A stretch of DNA of 64,000 nucleotides from an uncultured Gemmatimonadales bacterium (GTDB lineage: Bacteria; Gemmatimonadota; Gemmatimonadetes; Gemmatimonadales; GWC2-71-9), in NCBI GenBank assembly GCA_963730185.1, contig CAVSQW010000004.1, positions 64,001 to 128,000 of the forward strand, read 5' to 3'. This document shows, one piece after another, positions 19,455 through 27,034 of this stretch. How positions within the stretch are numbered: position 1 is the first letter of the stretch; each line of letters opens with the position of its first letter. Both the position numbers and the translations under genes were made by a program. Under the pieces are notes generated by a model that searched no databases, was not told the origin of the DNA, and was given only the letters and a program-made list of their open reading frames with translations.

Positions 19455-20626
19455 GCGGGGCGCTCCGGATCGAGCGGGTGCGGCTCAGCCGGGTGAAGAT
19501 CCCGCTCGCCACCGTGTACGTGAGCTCGATGTACGTGATGCCCGCCACCTGGCGCACGGTGATCGAGGTGGAGGCGGGCGGCGGGTTGGTCGGCCTGGGC
19601 GAAACGCTGGGCACGGACGAGGTCTTCCGCCTGACGGCCGCGCTCGCGAGCCGCTGGATCGGACACGACCCCCTGGACCGGCGCGGGTTGACGGCGAGCT
19701 TCGCCCGCTCGGGCTTCGACAACCGGGCCGGCCGGAACGGGTGGTCGGCGCTGGGGGGGCTCGAGCTGGCCCTCTGGGACCTGGCGGGCCGGGCGTTCGG
19801 GGTGTCGGTCTCGGCCCTCCTGGGTGGGGCGACCCGCGAGCGGGTCGAGCTGGTCTGCCCGATCCCGGCCGTGGCGGTGGAGCGGCCGGTCACCCCGGTG
19901 GAGCTCGACCGTCACCAGGCCGACCTGGGCAACGTGGACCGGGTGGCCGACTGGGCCGAGGCGCAGCGGGAGCAGTCGGGGTTCGGCGCGTTCAAGTACA
20001 AGAGCACCGCCCGGTCGCCGGCGTGGGACGAGGCGGTGATGCGCGCGCTCCGGGCGCGGCTCGGGGCCGAGGCGCGCCTCCGGTTCGATCCCAACGGCGG
20101 GTATCCGCCGGTCGAGGCGATCCGGCTCTGCGATCGCTTGGAGGAGCTGGACCTGGAGTTCTTCGAGGATCCGACCGACGACTTGGAGGGTCTGGCTCGG
20201 CTCCGGCGGCGGGCCCGCACCCCGGTTGCCACCAACATGGCTGTGGTGGAGCCGGCTCATCTGCCCGCGGCGATTCGACGGAAGGCGGTGGACGTGGTGC
20301 TGGCGGACGTCTTCATGTGGGGTGGGGTGGGCCGGTGGCGCGATCTCGTCGCGGTGGCCGACGGTTTCGGGCTCGAGGTCGGGGTCCACAGCCTGTTCGA
20401 GACGGGCGTGGCCACGGCGCTGAACCTCCACCTGGCGGCTGCCCATCCATCCATCCGCCGGGCCAACGACTCGGGCCTCCACCTGATGGGGGCCGACGTC
20501 ACCACCGGGCTCGGCCCGATCGCGAACGGGGCGCTCGGGGTGCCGACCGGCCCGGGACTTGGGGTGACGCTCGACCGGGCCGAGCTCGATCGCTGGACCG
20601 TCGGCCCGGTCACCGTGGTGGACTGA
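19451..20626 (+). CDS. Enolase superfamily, glucarate-dehydratase-related
   Basis: ELALWDLAG, FKYK (KxK), FDPNG / FEDP / ATNM (D-E-N metal ligands), GVHS, VPTGPGLG. GTGA overlap. Confidence 0.85.
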   Translation: MSGALRIERVRLSRVKIPLATVYVSSMYVMPATWRTVIEVEAGGGLVGLGETLGTDEVFRLTAALASRWIGHDPLDRRGLTASFARSGFDNRAGRNGWSALGGLELALWDLAGRAFGVSVSALLGGATRERVELVCPIPAVAVERPVTPVELDRHQADLGNVDRVADWAEAQREQSGFGAFKYKSTARSPAWDEAVMRALRARLGAEARLRFDPNGGYPPVEAIRLCDRLEELDLEFFEDPTDDLEGLARLRRRARTPVATNMAVVEPAHLPAAIRRKAVDVVLADVFMWGGVGRWRDLVAVADGFGLEVGVHSLFETGVATALNLHLAAAHPSIRRANDSGLHLMGADVTTGLGPIANGALGVPTGPGLGVTLDRAELDRWTVGPVTVVD

Positions 20627-20631
20627 CGATC

Positions 20632-21372
20632 ATGGCCGGCCCCGTCTCGACCGTTCCGCCCAGCGATCCCGCGGGGCAGCCCGCCCGGGCCATCGCGGGG
20701 TATCCGCGGAGCCTGGACCGGACCCCTGCCGCCGAGCCGATCCGGCGCTTTCTCTCCCGGGCCGACCTGTTGGGTCCGGCCCGGGTGATCGAGGCCGCGG
20801 CCGTCTCCGTGCTCGACCTGTCCCGGCTCCGCCCCACGGCGCCTCGAGCGCTGGGACAGCTGGTCCGGGTGAGGGGTCGGGTGCTCGACGAGGACGGCCG
20901 ACCCGTCTCGGGCGCGGTGCTCGAGGTGTGGCAGGCCAACGCCGCCGGCAAGTACCTCCATCCCAACGATCCCTCGCCGGTGCCGGTCGATCCCAACTTC
21001 GCCGGGGTGGGGCGGATCGTGGTGGGTCCGGACGGGGGGTTCGAGCTCGTCACCATCAAGCCGGGCGCCTACGCGGTCCCGTACGAGGAACAGGGCGGTG
21101 CCACCGACTGGTGGCGCCCGCCGCACATCCACGTCTCGATCTTCGGGCCCGCCTTCGCGAGCCGGTTGGTGACCCAGGTGTACTTCCCCGGCGAGGTGCT
21201 GAACGAGCGCGACCTCCTGCTCAACAGCATCCCCGACCCGCGGGCTCGGGAGCGGCTGGTGGCCCGGTTCGTCCCGGCGCTCTCGACCGCGACCGGCGGG
21301 TTGGGTTTCGCCCACGACCTGGTGCTCCGAGGCCGCCGCGCGACGCCCTTCGAGCGGGGCGGACATGCCTGA
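20632..21372 (+). CDS. pcaH: Protocatechuate 3,4-dioxygenase-like beta subunit (intradiol)
   Basis: GRVLDEDGRPV, EVWQANAAGKY, DPNFAGVGR, TIKPGAY, WRPPHIH, RLVTQVYF. All four Fe ligands (2 Tyr, 2 His) are present. Confidence 0.85.
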   Translation: MAGPVSTVPPSDPAGQPARAIAGYPRSLDRTPAAEPIRRFLSRADLLGPARVIEAAAVSVLDLSRLRPTAPRALGQLVRVRGRVLDEDGRPVSGAVLEVWQANAAGKYLHPNDPSPVPVDPNFAGVGRIVVGPDGGFELVTIKPGAYAVPYEEQGGATDWWRPPHIHVSIFGPAFASRLVTQVYFPGEVLNERDLLLNSIPDPRARERLVARFVPALSTATGGLGFAHDLVLRGRRATPFERGGHA

Positions 21373-21958
21373 GCTGCGAACGCCGCACCACACCACCGGG
21401 CCCTTCTTCCCGCCGGCCTTCGTGGGCGAGAGCGGAAGTGACCTGACCCGGCACGGCGGACGCGTCGCCGAGGGCACGGTCCTCGAGCTGGCCGGCCGGG
21501 TCCTGGACCGGCGCGGCCGCCCGGCGGTCAACGTGATCCTCGAGCTCTGGCAGGCCGACGCCCGAGGGGTGTTCCACGACCCGGCCGACCCTCGCCACGC
21601 CGAGCGCGACCCGGGCTTCGCGGGCTGGGGGCGGACCTGGACCGACTCGCACGGAGGGTACCGGTTCCGGACGGTGCGGCCGGGGAGCTATCCCGCGCTC
21701 GATGCCGGTGACTGGATCCGCCCGCCGCATCTCCGGCTCCTGGTGCTCGGGTCGGGGCTGATGCGCCCGCTGGTGACGGAGGTGTTCTTCCCCGGCGAGC
21801 CGCTCAACGAAACCGACCGCCATTGGAGCCAGCTCGGGCCGGAGCGCCGGGGCCGCCTGCTCGCGGTGCCGGCGCCCGATGGGTCGAGCGCCGGGGAGCG
21901 GTTCGGATTCGACCTGGTGCTGAGCGGCCCCCACGAGACCCCATTCCTGGACGACTGA
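21365..21958 (+). CDS. pcaG: Protocatechuate 3,4-dioxygenase-like alpha subunit
   Basis: TPHHTTGPFF, ELWQADARG, GFAGWGR, FRTVRPG, ETPFLD. The Fe ligand set is incomplete, as expected for an alpha chain. Confidence 0.82.
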   Translation: MPELRTPHHTTGPFFPPAFVGESGSDLTRHGGRVAEGTVLELAGRVLDRRGRPAVNVILELWQADARGVFHDPADPRHAERDPGFAGWGRTWTDSHGGYRFRTVRPGSYPALDAGDWIRPPHLRLLVLGSGLMRPLVTEVFFPGEPLNETDRHWSQLGPERRGRLLAVPAPDGSSAGERFGFDLVLSGPHETPFLDD

Positions 21959-21972
21959 TCGAGAGAGATGCC

Positions 21973-22338
21973 ATGATCGTCGAGCATCGGACCTACACCC
22001 TGAAGCCGGGCACCCTGAACGAGTACTTCCGCCTCTACCAGTCGGAGGGCCTGCCGATCCAGCGGCGCTACCTCCCCGCGATGGTCGGGTACTACACCAC
22101 CGAGGTCGGTCCGCTGAACCAGGTGATCCACCTCTGGGCTTATCGGACGTTCGAGGAGCGCACGGCCTGCCGGACCGCCATGCGGGCCGACCCGGGTTGG
22201 GCTCCCTATCTCGGCAAGATCCATCCGCTGCTGGTCACGATGGAGAGCAAACTCCTGACCCCGGCGCCCTTCTTCGACGTCGCCTCCCTGATCGAGGCGC
22301 TTTCCGGCACCCCCGCCGGGAAAGGACCCGACGCATGA
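21973..22338 (+). CDS. NIPSNAP family protein
   Basis: MIVEHRTYTLKPG, EVGPLNQVIHLWAY..EER, LLTPAPF. Confidence 0.9.
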   Translation: MIVEHRTYTLKPGTLNEYFRLYQSEGLPIQRRYLPAMVGYYTTEVGPLNQVIHLWAYRTFEERTACRTAMRADPGWAPYLGKIHPLLVTMESKLLTPAPFFDVASLIEALSGTPAGKGPDA

Positions 22339-23852
22339 CCGCCGCTTCCCGAGCCTCGACCCCGGCCCCGCCGGCGCCCGAGCCCACGGGTGCCCGACGG
22401 GGCGCCGACCTCCTGAACCGCCTCCGCGAAGCGCCGCCGGAGCTCTGGTACCGCGGCGAGCGGGTGCCCGACCCGACGGCGCACCCGGCCCTGCGCCGGG
22501 GGCTGGCCTCCCTGGCGGGACTCTACGACCTCCAGTGGGAGGATCCGGACACCATGCTGTTCGACTCGCCGAGCAGCGGACGGAAGGTGGGCCGGTCGTT
22601 CATGATCCCGAGAACCGCCGGCGACCTGGACCGGATCTCCGCCGCGATGAAGCGCTGGGCCGACGCGAGCTTCGGGATGATGGGACGCTCGCCGGACTAC
22701 ATCAACCGGGCGATGACGTCCTACGCCGCCGGCTCGGCGTTTCTGGGCGAGGCCGACCCCCGGTTCGGGGTCAACGCCCGCGCCTATCACGAGTACATCC
22801 GGGAGCGCGACCTCTGCCTCACCCACACCCTGAGCTCGCCCCAGGCCAACCGCTCCCGCCACGCCGCCCAGCAGGCCGACCCGTTCCTGGCGGCCAAGGT
22901 CAAGGAGGAGACCGACGCCGGGATCGTGATCCGAGGTTGCCGGATGCTGGCGACGCTCCCGGTGTCCGACGAAATCATGGTCTTTCCGTCGACCTTCCTC
23001 CGGAACGAGCCGGACCATGAGCCCTATGCCTACGGGGTTTGCATCCCCTCGGCGACGCCCGGGCTCCGGTTCCAGTGTCGGGAGAGCTACGACTACGAGC
23101 GGTCCAGCTACGACCACCCGCTGGCCTCGCGGTTCGAGGAGATGGATGCGGTGGTGATCTTCGACGACGTGTTCGTGCCCTGGGAGCGGGTCTTCCTCTA
23201 TCGCGACATTCCCCGGTGCAACGAGGCGTACGCCCGGACCGGCGCGCTCGCGGCCATGGCGCACCAGGTGGTCGTCAAGAACCTGGCCAAGGCCGAGTAT
23301 CTCATGGGGCTGGCCTCGCTCCTGGTCGACACGATCGCGATCGAGGGCTTTCAGCACGTCCAGGAGAAGCTGGCCGAGATCTGGGTCAACATGGAGACGA
23401 TGCGGGCCTTTCTCCGGGCCTCCCTGGCCGACGCCGAGGTCGACGAGTTCGGGGTGATGCGCCCGGCGTGGGACCCGCTCGACGCGGCCCGGAACCTCCA
23501 TCCCCGGCTCTACCCCCGGATGGTCGAGATCATCCAGCAGCTCGGCGCCGCCGGATTGGTGGCCATGCCCACCGAAGCCGACGTGACCGGGCCGCTCGCC
23601 GCCGACGTCCAACGGTTCTTCCAGGCCGCCCGGGCGGAGGCCCACGAGCGGATCCCGATCTTCCGGCTGGCCTGGGACACGGCGATGTCGGCCTTCGGGT
23701 CGCGGCAGGTGCTCTACGAGCGCTACTTCTTCGGCGATCCGGTTCGGATGGCGGGCGCGCTGGTGGCGAGTCACGACCGGAAACGCTACATGGACCGGGT
23801 GCGCCACTTCCTCGAGCAGTCGCGCGACGAGGCGGCCCGGGCGGCGGGATGA
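22335..23852 (+). CDS. hpaB: 4-hydroxyphenylacetate 3-monooxygenase family, oxygenase component
   Basis: GMMGRSPDY, THTLSSPQANRS, GIVIRG.RMLAT, DHPLASRFEEMDA, FDDVFVPWERVF, RQVLYERYFFGDP. Confidence 0.9.
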   Translation: MTAASRASTPAPPAPEPTGARRGADLLNRLREAPPELWYRGERVPDPTAHPALRRGLASLAGLYDLQWEDPDTMLFDSPSSGRKVGRSFMIPRTAGDLDRISAAMKRWADASFGMMGRSPDYINRAMTSYAAGSAFLGEADPRFGVNARAYHEYIRERDLCLTHTLSSPQANRSRHAAQQADPFLAAKVKEETDAGIVIRGCRMLATLPVSDEIMVFPSTFLRNEPDHEPYAYGVCIPSATPGLRFQCRESYDYERSSYDHPLASRFEEMDAVVIFDDVFVPWERVFLYRDIPRCNEAYARTGALAAMAHQVVVKNLAKAEYLMGLASLLVDTIAIEGFQHVQEKLAEIWVNMETMRAFLRASLADAEVDEFGVMRPAWDPLDAARNLHPRLYPRMVEIIQQLGAAGLVAMPTEADVTGPLAADVQRFFQAARAEAHERIPIFRLAWDTAMSAFGSRQVLYERYFFGDPVRMAGALVASHDRKRYMDRVRHFLEQSRDEAARAAG

Positions 23853-24397
23853 CGATCGACGGCCAGGCCTTCCGCCGGGCGATGGGGCATTTCGCCACCG
23901 GCGTCGGGGTGATCACCGCCGACCGCGAAGGCGCGGTGCGCGCCATGACCGCCAACGCCTTCACGTCGGTCTCGCTCGACCCTCCGCTGGTGCTGGTGGC
24001 CCTGGACCGGCGGACCCGGATGGCCGGATTGCTCGACCCGGGGACGGGATTCGCGGTCAATCTGCTGCGGGAGGACCAGCAGGCCTTGAGCCGGTTCTTC
24101 GCCGGCGCCTGGAAAGAGGCCGCCCGGCCCCCGTTTCGGTTCGTCCCGTTCGCCGGGGGGCCGCGGCTCGAGGGCGCCTCCGCCACGGTCGGCTGCGAGG
24201 TCGACCGGCGCCACGACGGGGGCGATCACTGGCTCGTCGTCGGCCGGGTGCTCGATGTCCACGTCGGGGTGACGCCCCACTACCCGCTGGTCTTTTTCCG
24301 GGGCGAGTACCGGGAGCTGGCCCGGGACCATGTGACCGAAGCGCCGGAGATCGAGCTGGGCGGCGAGTCGGCCCAGGTCTTCTACGAGTCCTGGTAG
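23849..24397 (+). CDS. hpaC: Flavin reductase (HpaC family)
   Basis: FRRAMGHFATGV, MTANAFTSVSLDPPLVLV, GGDH, PLVFFRGEY. Confidence 0.9.
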   Translation: MTIDGQAFRRAMGHFATGVGVITADREGAVRAMTANAFTSVSLDPPLVLVALDRRTRMAGLLDPGTGFAVNLLREDQQALSRFFAGAWKEAARPPFRFVPFAGGPRLEGASATVGCEVDRRHDGGDHWLVVGRVLDVHVGVTPHYPLVFFRGEYRELARDHVTEAPEIELGGESAQVFYESW

Positions 24398-26343
24398 TGG
24401 CCGCCGGTCCGGTCCTGCCCCCGCTGGAGGCCGAATGGCTGGAGGCCGATGGGCTCGGCGGGTTCGCCTCGGGTACCGCCGGCGGCCCGCGGCGGCGGCG
24501 CTACCATGCCCTCCTGCTGACGGCCCTGACGCCGCCGACCGGCCGGGTCGCTCTGGTCGGGGGCTTCGACGCCTGGGTGGAGCGCGACGGCCGGCCACCC
24601 GAGTTTCTGACCGTTCAGCGCTACGTCCCCGACCTGACCTCGCGGACGTTCGATCATCTGGTCGGCTTCGAGTGGGATCCCTGGCCGGCCTGGACGTTCC
24701 GGTTGGCCGACGGACTCGAGATCCGGCAGGAGCTGCTCGCGACCAAGGGCCGGGCCGTGGTGGCGATCCGGTGGCGGCTGCTCCGGAAGCGCGGCGGGAT
24801 CCGGCTGGTGGCTCGGCCGTTCCTGCTGGGTCGCGACGCCCACGCGCTGCACCGAGAGAACCCCGACTTCCGGTTCGATGCCCAGGTCGCCGGCGGCACG
24901 GTGCGCTGGCGGCCGTACGGCTCGCTCCCCGGCGTTCTCAGCCTCCAGAACGGCGTCTATCGCCACGACCCCGTCTGGTACCGGGCCTTTCAGCTCGACG
25001 AGGAGCGGGCCCGGGGACTCGACTTCACGGAAGACGCGGGATCGCCGGGTCGAATCGAGTGGGACCTGTCGGCCGGGCAGGCTGCGTGGGTCCTGGCCGC
25101 CGATGATCCCGCCGGCAAGGCGGAGGGCCTCGACGGGCCGGCCGAGACGATCGTCGCCCGCCTGGTCCGGCGGGAACGAGCCCGCCGGTCGCGCTGGGCC
25201 ACGCCCCTGGTTCGCGCCGCGGACGCCTACCTGGTGGCTCGGGGCGCGGGCCGCTCGATCGTCGCCGGCTATCCCTGGTTCACCGACTGGGGGCGCGACA
25301 CCTTCATCGCGATGCGGGGGCTCTGCCTGGCGACCGGACGTCTGGCCGACGCCCGGTCGATCCTCGGGACCTGGGCGGAGACGGTGTCGGAGGGAATGCT
25401 TCCCAATCGCTTTCCGGACGGCGGCGATCCGGAGTTCAACTCGGTCGACGCCTCCCTCTGGTACGTGGTGGTGGTGGGTGAGGTGCTCGAGGCGCTCGCC
25501 GCGGCCGGCCGGTCGCTCGGGCGGGGCGAGCGCGGGCGCCTGTTGGGGGCGGTGGACGCCATCCTCACCGGCTACGCCAGGGGCACCCGCTACGGAATCC
25601 GGATGGACGAAGACGGCTTGATCGCCGCCGGCGAGCCCGGGGTCCAGTTGACCTGGATGGATGCCAGAGTCGGCGACCGGGTCGTGACCCCCCGGATCGG
25701 GAAGCCGGTCGAGGTCCAGGCGCTCTGGATCGCCGCGCTCCGGGTGGGGCAGGGCCTCGACCGGCGCTGGGGCACCGTCGCCGACCGGGCCACGGCGGCG
25801 TTCGCCGATCGGTTCTTCGATCCCGACCGCGGGGCGCTCCGCGACGTGGTCGACGTCGACCACGTGGCGGGGCGGGTGGACGGCTCGCTCCGGCCCAATC
25901 AGATCTTCGCCGTGGGCGGGCTGCCGGTCCGGCTCTTGGAGCCGGCCCGCGAGGCGGCGGTCGTCGATCTGGTGGAGCGGGAGCTGCTCACCCCGGTCGG
26001 CCTCCGGAGTCTCGGTCCGGCTGAGCCGGGTTACCGGGGCCGATACGAGGGCGGTCCCGCCGAGCGCGACTCGGCCTACCATCAAGGGACCGTCTGGCCC
26101 TGGTTGTTGGGGCCCTTCGTCGAGGCGTGGCTCCGGCGCCGGGGAGCCGGTCCCGCCGAACGGGCGGCGGCCCGGGAGCGGTTTCTCGCGCCCCTTCTGG
26201 CCCATCTCGGTGAGGCCGGACTCGATCACGTTTCGGAGATCGCCGACGGCGAGCCGCCGTTCACGCCGCGAGGCTGCCCGTTCCAGGCCTGGTCGGTGGG
26301 CGAGGCGCTCCGGATCGAGCGCCTGACCCGATCCGGAGCCTGA
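24397..26343 (+). CDS. Amylo-alpha-1,6-glucosidase (glycogen debranching enzyme family)
   Basis: EWLEADGLGGFASGT, AGYPWFTDWGRDT, LTWMDA, RPNQ, AYHQGTVWPWL, GCPFQAWS. Confidence 0.92.
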   Translation: MAAGPVLPPLEAEWLEADGLGGFASGTAGGPRRRRYHALLLTALTPPTGRVALVGGFDAWVERDGRPPEFLTVQRYVPDLTSRTFDHLVGFEWDPWPAWTFRLADGLEIRQELLATKGRAVVAIRWRLLRKRGGIRLVARPFLLGRDAHALHRENPDFRFDAQVAGGTVRWRPYGSLPGVLSLQNGVYRHDPVWYRAFQLDEERARGLDFTEDAGSPGRIEWDLSAGQAAWVLAADDPAGKAEGLDGPAETIVARLVRRERARRSRWATPLVRAADAYLVARGAGRSIVAGYPWFTDWGRDTFIAMRGLCLATGRLADARSILGTWAETVSEGMLPNRFPDGGDPEFNSVDASLWYVVVVGEVLEALAAAGRSLGRGERGRLLGAVDAILTGYARGTRYGIRMDEDGLIAAGEPGVQLTWMDARVGDRVVTPRIGKPVEVQALWIAALRVGQGLDRRWGTVADRATAAFADRFFDPDRGALRDVVDVDHVAGRVDGSLRPNQIFAVGGLPVRLLEPAREAAVVDLVERELLTPVGLRSLGPAEPGYRGRYEGGPAERDSAYHQGTVWPWLLGPFVEAWLRRRGAGPAERAAARERFLAPLLAHLGEAGLDHVSEIADGEPPFTPRGCPFQAWSVGEALRIERLTRSGA

Positions 26344-26429
26344 CCCGACCTTCGGCTGCCGGCTGGCCCTCCGGCCGGCCGGGCCGCGTGCCCGGGGCCT
26401 CGGTCGGGCGATCCCGCTATTTTCCGACC

Positions 26430-26918
26430 GTGCGATTTCGCCTCGGTCTTCTCGTGCTCGCGGTGGCGGTGTCCGCCTGCGGCGATTCCGCCAGGGCGCC
26501 CAGTGGCGCGCCGGCCGACTCGATCGCGGCGGCTCCGGCCGACTCCGCGCCACGACCCGCGATCGTCGCCCTCGACCTCGGGACCCAGGAGGGGAGGGAA
26601 CAGCTCGACGACGATCTCCTCCACGCCGTGGTGCCGGGCGACACCGTCCGGCTCGACCTCGCGCTCTCCCCGGACCAGATCCGTGACCTTCCTTCCGTGA
26701 TCTCCGACGGGTGGTGGATCGCCCTCACCTACCGGCGCGACGACGGGGCGGAAGCTGGGTCGGAGCTACACATCCTGTTCGGTCCCGAGGGGCAGCGCGG
26801 CGACCTGGTAGTGGATTCCACCGGGGCCACTCCGAGGCTCCAAGGCCGGATCACGATCCGGGAGGTCCGGGGGCCGCACATGGGGCTGATGTCGATCTTT
26901 GCGGCCCCGGTCCAGTAG
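26430..26918 (+). CDS. Hypothetical lipoprotein
   Basis: GTG start gives MRFRLGLLVLAVAVSAC, a lipobox-like VSA|C. Confidence 0.6.
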   Translation: MRFRLGLLVLAVAVSACGDSARAPSGAPADSIAAAPADSAPRPAIVALDLGTQEGREQLDDDLLHAVVPGDTVRLDLALSPDQIRDLPSVISDGWWIALTYRRDDGAEAGSELHILFGPEGQRGDLVVDSTGATPRLQGRITIREVRGPHMGLMSIFAAPVQ

Positions 26919-27034
26919 CTGGACGTCTCGTGCTCCGCTGGCGAGGCCCCGGGCTCGTGGGGGGCGCTCGCTGGCACAAAGTCCACGCCGCCCTCTACAT
27001 TGCCAGTCCCCACCTACTCGGTCAGGGAGTTCTG

